Shown here: in pieces, positions 29,445 through 38,344 of the stretch | How the letters are laid out: each line of letters starts with the position of its first letter | Numbering within the stretch: the first letter of the stretch is position 1 | DNA from: Pseudomonadota bacterium | GTDB taxonomy: Bacteria; Desulfobacterota; Desulfobacteria; Desulfobacterales; RPRI01 | Assembly: GCA_043825875.1 (NCBI GenBank) | Contig: JBDRRF010000055.1 | Span: 1 to 49,872 of the forward strand | Direction: 5' to 3' | Length of the DNA: 49,872 nucleotides | The notes under the pieces: model-generated | Database searches by the model: none | What the model was told of the DNA's origin: nothing | The model's input: the letters and a program-made list of their open reading frames with translations, nothing else | Made by a program: the position numbers and the translations under genes

Positions 29445-30440
29445 ATGCAAAGAAAACTTCTATTCATACATCAGGGAGCAATTGGAGATATCGTCTCTTT
29501 ATTTCCTGCAATAATAAAACTTAAAGAAAAATTTAAACAAATTGATGCAATCTGCAATAAAAGTATTGGTGAATTAGCCTGCTTACTTAGATTAACAGAT
29601 AAAACCTATCCGGTTCAAGCCGCATTCTTTTCTTCGATATTTTCAAATAATGCTGATCCGGTTGTATCAAAGATTCTCAGGTCATACGATGAAATTATTC
29701 TTTTTTCATATTCCAATGAAGTAGAAAAAACCATAAGCAGTATTATCAAAAAAAGAATATACCGCATACCTCCACGTCCAGATGCAACTTTGCAAATTCA
29801 TATTTTAGATTACATCTTAAAACTCCTTGCACAATACAACCTGGTAGAGAATGATAGTCTGCCTGAAAAAGAATATCATGATTATCTGAAAAAAGAGATT
29901 GGAAATACAAAAGCGCAAGACAACGACTCTAAAATCATAATGCATCCGGGATCAGGAAGCACAAGGAAAAACTGGCCGGCTTCAAATTTTATCAAGGTTT
30001 GCAGAAATCTTGAATCAAAAAAAATATGTTATGAAATTATAATAGGCCCGGCGGAATATGATCTTGAAAAATATTTCAAGAAACATCTTCCTTCAAACAG
30101 CATAATTCATACTCCTGCATCACTGTTGGAACTTGTGCCATTATTAAAACAAAGCAGCGGATTTATCGGAAATGATTCAGGGATAAGCCATCTTGCAGCA
30201 TTTATGGGGATTCCTGCGATTGTGATATTTGGTCCTTCAGACCCGAAAAGGTGGAAGCCGTTTGGTCGCTTTGTTAAAGTTATCCAATCTCAGACCGACT
30301 GCATGCCATGCTTTGAAACCGGAAAATCAGACTGTAAAGAAATTAAATGCCTAAGCGATATAACACCTGCAACTGTTATAGACACATTATACATAGACTT
30401 TCTATATTCTAGCATGCTCAAGCACAACATTGTTTCTTAA
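29445..30440 (+). CDS. Glycosyltransferase family 9 (heptosyltransferase-like)
   Basis: GAIGD, HPGSG...KNWP, IGNDSGISHLAA, FGPS, C.PC.....C....CL. Confidence 0.9.
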   Translation: MQRKLLFIHQGAIGDIVSLFPAIIKLKEKFKQIDAICNKSIGELACLLRLTDKTYPVQAAFFSSIFSNNADPVVSKILRSYDEIILFSYSNEVEKTISSIIKKRIYRIPPRPDATLQIHILDYILKLLAQYNLVENDSLPEKEYHDYLKKEIGNTKAQDNDSKIIMHPGSGSTRKNWPASNFIKVCRNLESKKICYEIIIGPAEYDLEKYFKKHLPSNSIIHTPASLLELVPLLKQSSGFIGNDSGISHLAAFMGIPAIVIFGPSDPKRWKPFGRFVKVIQSQTDCMPCFETGKSDCKEIKCLSDITPATVIDTLYIDFLYSSMLKHNIVS

Positions 30441-31187
30441 TGTTGCTTTTGCCGTTTTTCCAAATTGTTCAGTTATATCAGATACGAATATTTTTGTTTT
30501 TCCGTTTTTGCCCAAACGTTTGTCAACTTCCGGATGTTCTTTAAGATAATTTTCCAGTTTATTTGCAACTCCTATGGAAGAATCAATTATATTAACTTTC
30601 TTTCCGATTTTCCGGGAAATTATATGCTTTAAAAGCGGATAATGCGTACATCCTAAAATCAGAGTATCTATCTGTTTTACTTTAAGGGAATGAAGATACT
30701 TTTTTACTATCATTGCCGTTTCAGGCTTATTTATCCAGCCTTCTTCAACCAGTGGCACAAGAAGAGGACAAGCAACCGAATAAACTCTGGCCGCAGTATT
30801 TACAGCCTTAATTTTACTTTCATATATACTGCTTTTGATTGTTGCTCTTGTTCCAATAACACCTATAGACATTTTTTTGGAAGATTCCAGGGCAAGCTCT
30901 ACTGCAGGAGTAATAACCTCAAAAACCGGAACATCAAAATTATTAACTATAGTCTCGGTTGCAACACTTGAAGCTGTATTGCAAGCCACAACAATTACAT
31001 TTGCTCCATTGTTTAATAAAAACTTAGTATCTTCTATAGCATATTGAATTACAGTTTCGGAACTTTTGCTACCGTATGGCGTTCGGGCGGTATCACCAAA
31101 ATATATAATATCATAACCGGGAGTTTTTTCCATTACTGCTTTAACTACTGTTAACCCGCCGATTCCTGAATCAAAAATTCCTATCAT
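30402..31187 (-). CDS. murI: Glutamate racemase
   Basis: GIFDSGIGGLTV, PYG.KS, VACNTAS, LGCTHYP. Confidence 0.97.
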   Translation of the reverse strand: MIGIFDSGIGGLTVVKAVMEKTPGYDIIYFGDTARTPYGSKSSETVIQYAIEDTKFLLNNGANVIVVACNTASSVATETIVNNFDVPVFEVITPAVELALESSKKMSIGVIGTRATIKSSIYESKIKAVNTAARVYSVACPLLVPLVEEGWINKPETAMIVKKYLHSLKVKQIDTLILGCTHYPLLKHIISRKIGKKVNIIDSSIGVANKLENYLKEHPEVDKRLGKNGKTKIFVSDITEQFGKTAKATLRNNVVLEHARI

Positions 31188-31292
31188 TTTTTATATTACC
31201 GACTATCTTTTATATTGATTTTTATTTTATGGGCTCATAAACTTAAGGTAAATTGTTACAAACAACTACTCTCTTAACCAAAGGAATACCCC

Positions 31293-31571
31293 GTGAATAA
31301 TGACCATACAAAACCTTCTATGAATCAGGATATCTTTAACCTCGGATTAAGTGTTGAAACTATTTCCGTCTATCTTTTATGCTGTGGTTTAACAGACCAG
31401 GGAGCCGTTGTCTCCACAAAAAATCTTCTGGGTGTATGGAACGGCAGCCCGGAAGCTCTTTATGAAGGAATAAAAAACCTTGAAGAAAGAAACATTCTCC
31501 TTAAAATAATATCCGATGGAGAAGATAAAAACGTTTTTAAGCTTACCGACATAAAAAGCTGGAAACCATAG
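31293..31571 (+). CDS. Small hypothetical protein, possibly winged-helix
   Basis: 92-aa ORF with SD AAGGA; helix pattern S.EAL...IK.LEERNIL. Confidence 0.55.
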   Translation: MNNDHTKPSMNQDIFNLGLSVETISVYLLCCGLTDQGAVVSTKNLLGVWNGSPEALYEGIKNLEERNILLKIISDGEDKNVFKLTDIKSWKP

Positions 31572-31692
31572 ACTTCCAGATAAACTTTTTGGACTGCGTT
31601 ATCAGTCGCCCCCCTTCGTCAACATACCAACTGTATGTCTTACTCATGGGAGCTCCTTCTGGCCTTGCCAAAAACATTATCTGAAAGTCTAT
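31568..31692. repeat. 125-bp fold-back (MITE/REP-like) element
   Basis: Terminal IR ATAGACTTCCAGATAA / TTATCTGAAAGTCTAT (15/16), inner TTTTTGG/CCAAAAA, apical ACATAC-CAACT-GTATGT. Confidence 0.75.
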
Positions 31693-31726
31693 AAGAATTA
31701 CTGCTTCGTAAAAAGTCTATCTTAAT

Positions 31727-32134
31727 TCAACTATTTTTAGAAAGCTCTTTTGCAACACAGTCTAACACAGCGGCAGGAGGAACATCCGTATGGATACCGG
31801 CGCACAAACCGCCCATAACATACCAGTTATCAACATCGGCAATAATACTATCTATAAACGGCCACTTTTTGCACATACGAGGTTTAACAGGGTGAATAGT
31901 GCAAACCTTGTCCCAGAATATACAATATTTGTTTAGGCCCTGTTTTAGTAAAGGTTTCCCGCATGATATATCACAATATTTACTGACAAAGCTTTCAGGA
32001 TCTGTATTTATATATTCTGCGATAGCATCAATATCTTTTTTTGTTACATATGTTCCGCCATATCCCTTACAGCAATCGCCGCACATTTTGCATTTAAATA
32101 TATCATCAGGCTGAAAAATATGTTTAGACCGCAT
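31727..32134 (-). CDS. YkgJ-family cysteine-cluster (zinc/iron-chelating) protein
   Basis: FKCKMCGDCC, CIF...CTIH.VKP.MC..WPF. Confidence 0.88.
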   Translation of the reverse strand: MRSKHIFQPDDIFKCKMCGDCCKGYGGTYVTKKDIDAIAEYINTDPESFVSKYCDISCGKPLLKQGLNKYCIFWDKVCTIHPVKPRMCKKWPFIDSIIADVDNWYVMGGLCAGIHTDVPPAAVLDCVAKELSKNS

Positions 32135-32726
32135 GTCTGGTCTCCATCGCTTTTCTCAACGTTACCTGATCAACATATTTCAGATCACTGCCGATCGGAA
32201 CACCGGATGCTATGCGTGTAACCTTTACAGGGTATTTTGAAAGACACTGAACAATGTAGGAAGCAGTTGCCTCGCCTTCAACACTTGTGCTTGTGGCAAT
32301 AACAACCTCTGTGATTTTCCCTTCATCAATTCTTTTGATAAGCTCTCTTATCTTAATATCGTCAGGCCCGATACCGTTAATCGGAGATAAAGCTCCTGAA
32401 AGTATATGATAAAGGCCGTTAAATGACCCGGATTTTTCTATTGCAACCATATCGGCAGGCTGTTCCATCACGCACAATAACGAGTTATTTCTGGATGGAT
32501 TGCTGCATATGTGACAAACTTCAGTTTCGCTTAAGGCAAAACATATATTGCATATTCTAACCTTCTGCTTCATATCAAGTATGCTGTCAGCAAGCTGCTC
32601 GGCTTGTTTCTGTGAAGATCGCAGAATATTTATAGCGTAACGTTCGGCTGTTTTTTCTCCTACACCCGGAAGTTTAGTAAGATTTTTTATCAGATTCAAA
32701 ACGGACAAAGGGTAATGCATATTCAT
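32124..32726 (-). CDS. recR: Recombination mediator RecR
   Basis: LPGVGEKTAER, C4 zinc finger, EGEATA, VTRIA.GVP.G. Confidence 0.96.
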   Translation of the reverse strand: MNMHYPLSVLNLIKNLTKLPGVGEKTAERYAINILRSSQKQAEQLADSILDMKQKVRICNICFALSETEVCHICSNPSRNNSLLCVMEQPADMVAIEKSGSFNGLYHILSGALSPINGIGPDDIKIRELIKRIDEGKITEVVIATSTSVEGEATASYIVQCLSKYPVKVTRIASGVPIGSDLKYVDQVTLRKAMETRHAV

Positions 32727-32800
32727 GCCTCTGTATCGACTTATAAGACAAATAATTATATTATACTGTCATCAAACATTTATAATGATCACAAGCAAAA

Positions 32801-33112
32801 TCACATCAGGCCCGGAATATTCATACCGCCTGTTAATTTGCCCATTTCCTGTGAAACCATTTCCTGGGATTTCAATAAAGCATCATTTACCGCAGCAAGA
32901 ATAAGATCCTGAAGCATTTCAACATCATCAGGATCAACAACTTCTTTTTCTATAGTTATTGAAAGCACCTGTTGCTTACCATTTGCCTGTACTTTTATCA
33001 TGCCTCCGCCAGCAGTTGCTTCAACAGTTTTTAAGGCCAGCTCTTCCTGCATTTTTGCCATACTGGCCTGAAGCTTCTGGGCCTGTTTCATCATATTCCC
33101 CATTCCCTTCAT
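32801..33112 (-). CDS. ybaB: YbaB/EbfC nucleoid-associated protein
   Basis: [28 protein letters not shown]; between dnaX and recR. Confidence 0.95.
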   Translation of the reverse strand: MKGMGNMMKQAQKLQASMAKMQEELALKTVEATAGGGMIKVQANGKQQVLSITIEKEVVDPDDVEMLQDLILAAVNDALLKSQEMVSQEMGKLTGGMNIPGLM

Positions 33113-33127
33113 TAAAACTTCCTCCTC

Positions 33128-34807
33128 CTATAAAATTTTTACATCATGTAAACTGCCATTAAAAATATTAAGCGCCTCTCCAACAATAGGGTTGTTTAAG
33201 GCTTCATCTTTTAATTGCGCTGATTTATTTTTTTTATGTACATTAACATCCGCAGATATCTTCTTTTCAAAAACGATTTCAATATTTTTTGAAAAATAAT
33301 CGTTACATATCTTCTTTAAATTATCCAGGTTTTTGCCACTTGTAATTCTGCTGAAATTAAACCCGTTGCCATCAACCTCTATTGTAATGCTATTATCTGC
33401 AATATCTTTTATTGAACACTTTAACATATTAGCAGCAAGTGATGGATATTTCTCTGAAATAACTTTATGAAGATTATTCCATATTTTTACATAATCATTT
33501 TCCTTGCTCTCAGAATTCGTTTGGATTTTCTTTGAGCCAGTCTCCTCTCCTGGTTCATTATAAGAATCGGCAACCTTTTCGCATATTCTTTCATTTAAAG
33601 ATTCTTTTTCAATATTTTTATAAGTAATTTCTTTTTCAAAAGTATTATTCTTATTTGAATCAGGAATATTTTTCAAAAGATCGTCAATTTTTTCTATCAA
33701 AAGCTCTATAGGTAATGCAGGTTTTATTTGAAGTAATTTTAAAAAAATGATTTCAAGGGTAAGCTTTGGATTTGTCGAATACCGCATAGCCGATTCTTCA
33801 TTATAAAGAATATCAAAGATCTGGTTTAAAAATGTTACCGGAACATTTTTAGCCTGCTCAATCATCAAATTTATTTCATGTGAAGGCAAGTTTATCAGCT
33901 TATCAATTTTTTTGCCCATCTTAACAACAATCAGGTTTCTCAAATGCTCGGTTATTTCCGAATAAAGCTCTTTAAAATTATGCCCGTTTTGATAAAGATC
34001 ATCTAAAAGATCAAGCAACATCACAATATCCGAATTTAAAAGAGCATCAGTAATTTTAAAAATTGTTCTTCTGTCAACAAGGCCAATGATATCGGAAATA
34101 TTTTCATCGGCTATACTGCCTTCGGAACAGCTCAATACAAGATCTAAAAGACTTAAGGCATCTCTCATGCAACCCCCGGCGGCACGGGCAATTGCGGCCA
34201 GACTTTCTTGAGAAATATCAATATTTTCTTTTTTGCATATATAAACCATCTGCTCTGTAATATCATCAAGACCTATTCTCTTAAAATCATGCCGCTGACA
34301 TCTTGACAAAATTGTTACAGGAATTTTTTGCGGTTCAGTTGTTGCGAATATGAACATCACATGAGGTGGTGGCTCTTCAAGAGTTTTTAACAAAGCATTA
34401 AACGCTGCTGTGCTTAGCATATGCACTTCGTCTATTATATAAATCTTATATCTGCTGTATGCGGGTTTATATTTAATATTATCTCTTAAATCACGGACAT
34501 TCTCGACTCCGTTATTAGATGCTCCATCTATTTCAAGAACATCCACAGCATTGCCCAAAGTAATTTCTTTGCATGATCTGCATTCATTACATGGAGATGG
34601 AGTAGTGCCTTCTAAACAATTCATTGCTTTTGCAAGTATTCGGGCTACAGTTGTTTTTCCGGTACCGCGTGGGCCTGATAACAACACAGCATGCGCAACA
34701 CGACCAGCCGATATGGCTTTGGATAAAGTCTCGGTAACATGCTTCTGGCCAACAACAGTATCAAAATTTTGAGGGCGATACTTGCGGGCAAATACAAGAT
34801 AGGACAT
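33128..34807 (-). CDS. dnaX: DNA polymerase III subunit gamma/tau
   Basis: ARKYRP, GPRGTGKTT, EIDGASN, IIDEVHML, NALLKTLEEPP, SRC. Confidence 0.97.
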   Translation of the reverse strand: MSYLVFARKYRPQNFDTVVGQKHVTETLSKAISAGRVAHAVLLSGPRGTGKTTVARILAKAMNCLEGTTPSPCNECRSCKEITLGNAVDVLEIDGASNNGVENVRDLRDNIKYKPAYSRYKIYIIDEVHMLSTAAFNALLKTLEEPPPHVMFIFATTEPQKIPVTILSRCQRHDFKRIGLDDITEQMVYICKKENIDISQESLAAIARAAGGCMRDALSLLDLVLSCSEGSIADENISDIIGLVDRRTIFKITDALLNSDIVMLLDLLDDLYQNGHNFKELYSEITEHLRNLIVVKMGKKIDKLINLPSHEINLMIEQAKNVPVTFLNQIFDILYNEESAMRYSTNPKLTLEIIFLKLLQIKPALPIELLIEKIDDLLKNIPDSNKNNTFEKEITYKNIEKESLNERICEKVADSYNEPGEETGSKKIQTNSESKENDYVKIWNNLHKVISEKYPSLAANMLKCSIKDIADNSITIEVDGNGFNFSRITSGKNLDNLKKICNDYFSKNIEIVFEKKISADVNVHKKNKSAQLKDEALNNPIVGEALNIFNGSLHDVKIL

Positions 34808-34911
34808 AAATAAAATTTCCTGAAACTAAAAAACGCACCTAACAAATAAAATTATGAATTACAGCTTAGTTAAAAGTCTTAATAGGAATGGTTTTTTACT
34901 ATGATTTTATC

Positions 34912-35004
34912 TGGCGGAGAGAGAGGGATTTGAACCCTCGGTGCCGCTATTAACAACACACACGATTTCCAGTCGTGCTCCTTCAGCCGCTCGGACATCT
35001 CTCC
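34912..35004 (-). tRNA. tRNA-Ser (GGA)
   Basis: GGAGAGA acceptor, CACGA-CTGGAAA-TCGTG anticodon arm, long variable arm, encoded CCA. Confidence 0.95.
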
Positions 35005-35126
35005 TTATAAAAATAAATGTATCCCAGTTTTCTATCTCACAGCAAGACCTTTGTATAACACCCAAATATAAAGTCATATCAGGGCATGCGAGTTATTCAA
35101 AGTTCAGGCCAACCAATTGCTTTAAT

Positions 35127-35219
35127 TGGCGGAGAGGGTGGGATTTGAACCCACGATCCCGTTTTTGACAGGATACCGCTTTTCGAGAGCGGGGCCTTCA
35201 GCCGCTCGGCCACCTCTCC
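35127..35219 (-). tRNA. tRNA-Ser (CGA)
   Basis: GGAGAGG acceptor, CCGCT-CTCGAAA-AGCGG anticodon arm, long variable arm, encoded CCA. Confidence 0.95.
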
Positions 35220-35248
35220 TAAAACCCTCCGGATTTTACGGAGCCTTC

Positions 35249-35276
35249 AGTATAACGTTTGAATGCTATATGTCAA
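35249..35276 (-). promoter_or_regulatory. Sigma70 promoter for the tRNA-Ser pair
   Basis: TTGACA-16 nt-TATACT on the reverse strand, about 30 nt upstream of the tRNA. Confidence 0.7.
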
Positions 35277-35374
35277 TAATGTTCTTTATTTTATTGGCTG
35301 CTATCTGGAAGTAATTGGCAGCATAAAGAATCCTACTACTACATAAGCTGATAAATAGCATATCCATACAGATA

Positions 35375-35415
35375 AATATATAAACAGATTGTTGTAAATA
35401 ATCTGTTTATATATT
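35375..35415. repeat. Perfect 16-bp inverted repeat
   Basis: AATATATAAACAGATT-9 nt-AATCTGTTTATATATT. Confidence 0.8.
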
Positions 35416-35505
35416 ATATAATTTCAAGTTAATTTAAATGATTGCTTGTTGTTTATAAGAATTAGGGCATACAACCGAAACGATTTGATAAAGGAGCCCC
35501 AATCT

Positions 35506-36168
35506 ATGAAAACTTCTATAAATATCTTGCTGGCCATATTGCTGATTCCACCATTATGCGGATGTGCTAACACCAGAGGGTATTTGACAGATCGCGGGCG
35601 AGACGCTGCAGACATCATAACCGTTACCGGAGGGATGGGAATAGGCGCAAAGGCTCACATTGGGCCATTTCATGGCGGGTTATTGGCCGGTGCCGATACA
35701 GCCGGATTGAGAGGAGGCAGGTTTTACGCAACTAATATTAACCCTTTGAAATATAACCCTGATGAATCGAAACATTCATTTAAACTACATAATGACCGGC
35801 CATCAATGTTCTTAGAATTATTGTTTTTCAGTCTCGAAAGCACTTACCCCCGCGTAATCGATTGCAGAGGAAAGAATTACGATGCTTTTGGCATCCTTTT
35901 GCTTTCCATGGTAAATAATGATAATTCTTCAATAGCTGATTATCCCAAACACATGGGTCTATTTCATCCGTATTATACACAGATTGAAGTAGCTGTGGGT
36001 TTTACCCCTATGGTTTGTGTGGGATTTAACCCCGGCGAGTTATTCGACTTCTTAATAGGTTTTGTAGGATTAGACCTCTTTGGAGATGACTTAGAGAAAC
36101 AGAAAAGAGAATCTATGGTTTCCGGTGACCAAGAAGGGGCTTCATCTCTTGACCCTTGTGGGGATTGA
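35506..36168 (+). CDS. Hypothetical lipoprotein
   Basis: ATG 35506 after AAGGAG; MKTSINILLAILLIPPLCG-C lipobox. Confidence 0.7.
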   Translation: MKTSINILLAILLIPPLCGCANTRGYLTDRGRDAADIITVTGGMGIGAKAHIGPFHGGLLAGADTAGLRGGRFYATNINPLKYNPDESKHSFKLHNDRPSMFLELLFFSLESTYPRVIDCRGKNYDAFGILLLSMVNNDNSSIADYPKHMGLFHPYYTQIEVAVGFTPMVCVGFNPGELFDFLIGFVGLDLFGDDLEKQKRESMVSGDQEGASSLDPCGD

Positions 36169-36294
36169 AACCTATATTAACCTTAACAGCTTTAGCATCT
36201 GCCGGATACAGAATTGATAGAACTCATATAGATGATATCCAAAATGTGATTCAGAACAAAGCCCAACTTCGCGAATGGTTTGACGAGCCCTAAG

Positions 36295-36687
36295 CTAATA
36301 CCAGTCAACCAAATCCAGGTTTTTGATTCGATTAAATTCTTTTATATTGTGGGTAACCAATGTACTTCTATTTGACACTGCAATCGCCGCAATAAGGATA
36401 TCATACGGCCCGATGGGCGTTCCGCTTTTTTCAAGTTTTGTTCGAATTGCAGCCGCAATTCTTGCTTCATCATATCCAAATGGAAGAATGTTTATGATAT
36501 TCGTAAGATTTTGTAGTTGTTTTGTTCTTTTTTGTGGAAAACTTGATTTTGCAATTCCAACTTCAAGCTCATAAAGTACTATTGATGGAATTGCGATATC
36601 TTTGGGGTATGTTGCAAAAAGATTCTTTGCAATTTGGCCTTTTCCTTTAAAGAAATAAATCAAGGTGTTTGTATCAAGTATATACAT
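36295..36687 (-). CDS. vapC: VapC PIN-domain toxin
   Basis: YILDTN, VLYEL..G, GTPIGPYD.LIAA, LVTHN..EF.RI. Confidence 0.93.
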   Translation of the reverse strand: MYILDTNTLIYFFKGKGQIAKNLFATYPKDIAIPSIVLYELEVGIAKSSFPQKRTKQLQNLTNIINILPFGYDEARIAAAIRTKLEKSGTPIGPYDILIAAIAVSNRSTLVTHNIKEFNRIKNLDLVDWY

Positions 36688-36914
36688 TACAGTGTTTCCC
36701 TAGAATCCGTCCCCAGTAAACTTCTGATTTCCTCTGCTGTCGGCAAATCGGACCAGGCACCCGCCATTTCGACAATTTCATCCGGCCAGACTGACAATGT
36801 CTTCTCTCTTATCAATTCGGAAATCCACTTACTTTTTGGAGTACCTTTGGCCTTGACAATATTGTTCAGCTTTTTTTCTGTTTCATCATCAAGGTATATT
36901 GTGACTTGTCCCAT
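36687..36914 (-). CDS. CopG/RHH-type antitoxin (VapB-like)
   Basis: QVTIYLDDE...SKWI..LIRE RHH pattern; TAATG coupling to vapC. Confidence 0.85.
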   Translation of the reverse strand: MGQVTIYLDDETEKKLNNIVKAKGTPKSKWISELIREKTLSVWPDEIVEMAGAWSDLPTAEEIRSLLGTDSRETL

Positions 36915-36950
36915 ATTTTCCCTCCGGAAATTAAATTCATTGCTAATAAT

Positions 36951-36981
36951 TATATGTACACATATATGTGGAAAATGTCAA
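36951..36981 (-). promoter_or_regulatory. Putative vapBC promoter with palindromic operator
   Basis: TTGACA (36976-36981, reverse) followed by overlapping palindromes TATATGT-AC-ACATATA and CACATATATGTG. Confidence 0.55.
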
Positions 36982-37053
36982 ATGGAAATATGGAATATAA
37001 TTGACCTGATTTTTTTCTTCTATCCCCTTCTTTTTATGATATATCAATAAAAA

Positions 37054-37079
37054 AAGGCAAAGCCATTTGACTTTGCCTT
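37054..37079 (-). terminator. Intrinsic terminator of the upstream lipoprotein gene
   Basis: AAGGCAAAG / CTTTGCCTT stem followed by a T run on the reverse strand. Confidence 0.75.
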
Positions 37080-37124
37080 ATAATAAGCAATCATCAATTA
37101 TCGAAAACCACATACCACTTTTGG

Positions 37125-37823
37125 TTATCTTTGCGAAATTTCAGAGGTTCGAGTTCTTACATCCTCAATAAATTTATTGTATACATCCTTTAGCATAGCC
37201 GGATAATTGAATCCATTAGGCATAACATAAAGCCATCCCACTTTGCTATATTTAGGCGCAGCATAGGTGTTTGACAATATTACCTTGTCAGATTGATTGT
37301 CTAGCAGGCTTAACTCGATTATTAATTCATTTGACACTGTCCCGGACGGAAACCCAACAAACCAAAGCATCGGGCCATAAACACTTAAACCATAGCTTAT
37401 TATTGTGCCACTGTATCTTGTAGATATAATTTTACCTTTTATAGTAAAATCGCTATTCCCTTTTTTATAATCAAAATATGCTTCCTCAAATAATCTTGAA
37501 CCGTTAAGCTCCTCTGCCAGCGCTTTTGGATAATCTTCTGTAGGTTTATAGTTTACCCACATCCCCGAAAAGATATGCATCGCCTGTCCTTCCGGAACAT
37601 CTAATGTTTGCCAGCCAACCGGCATTACAGGAATCATATACAATAATGTATAGTTGCTATTACTATTTGGTCTATTATCCTGGAAAGGAAGAACCACAAC
37701 GGATTTGTTAATTGTAGTTGATGTATCACTATAACTGTTCGGGGAATATACCCATGATTTTTGAGTTGCGCAACCACTTGCAAATAGTAAAACAAACAAC
37801 GATAAAACAACATACTTCTTCAT
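37125..37823 (-). CDS. Hypothetical lipoprotein
   Basis: MKKYVVLSLFVLLFASG-C lipobox; SD AAGGGGG. Confidence 0.75.
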   Translation of the reverse strand: MKKYVVLSLFVLLFASGCATQKSWVYSPNSYSDTSTTINKSVVVLPFQDNRPNSNSNYTLLYMIPVMPVGWQTLDVPEGQAMHIFSGMWVNYKPTEDYPKALAEELNGSRLFEEAYFDYKKGNSDFTIKGKIISTRYSGTIISYGLSVYGPMLWFVGFPSGTVSNELIIELSLLDNQSDKVILSNTYAAPKYSKVGWLYVMPNGFNYPAMLKDVYNKFIEDVRTRTSEISQR

Positions 37824-38160
37824 ATTACCCCCTTCTATTCAAATCTAATAAGTTTAGTTGTGATAAAACTTCTTTATATAAACAAATTACTGCTAAAAAA
37901 TTACCCGTAATCTTTCAAAATATTTCTATCGGTTAAAATAAAATAACAGCTTTAAGAAGCAGTGGCAATTCTGCTTTGTGAAAAATTCTCACAAAAGGCA
38001 TCCTATTCTCGGTAGTGTTAGCTTGGTTGCTTTAATTTGCTGATAGTGATTTGCTTCTTATCAAAATTAATTTCCTAATGTCAATATATGTATTCACCAA
38101 GATATATTCGTGTATTTTGCAAAGCGAATTTTTTCGATTCCATCCCATTCAAATTGTTGC

Positions 38161-38188
38161 TTGACATTGATATTATAAATAGTACTAT
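38161..38188 (+). promoter_or_regulatory. Sigma70 promoter upstream of tamB
   Basis: TTGACA-16 nt-TACTAT. Confidence 0.55.
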
Positions 38189-38263
38189 TAATAACTATCT
38201 AATATTCATGAACATAGCACCTACAAACTAACATGCTAAAAGGATTCGATAATTAATCTTTTT

Positions 38264-38299
38264 AAGCCTGATGGGCTTTTTGACAAGTTCATCAGGCTT
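38264..38299 (+). terminator. Leader hairpin upstream of tamB
   Basis: AAGCCTGATG / CATCAGGCTT stem, extendable with G-U pairs, followed by T-rich sequence. Confidence 0.5.
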
Positions 38300-38344
38300 T
38301 GTAATTTATTTCATACTTTAATTCTAAAAATCATTGAATCATAT

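Noticed and set aside
30402..30440. 39-nt convergent overlap of the GT9 gene and murI
   Set aside because: Short 3' overlaps are common and no function is evident
33228..33235. A8 run in dnaX as a gamma/tau frameshift or slippage site
   Set aside because: Close to the C-terminus, no stimulatory element seen, and such runs are frequent in this genome
34808..35126. SRP RNA (ffs), often found next to tRNA-Ser and dnaX
   Set aside because: The conserved GGAAGGAAGCAGC-type domain IV motif is not visible
37960..38060. Possible riboswitch (TTTGTGA/TCACAAA hairpin) upstream of the lipoprotein gene
   Set aside because: No match by eye to c-di-GMP or other aptamer consensus
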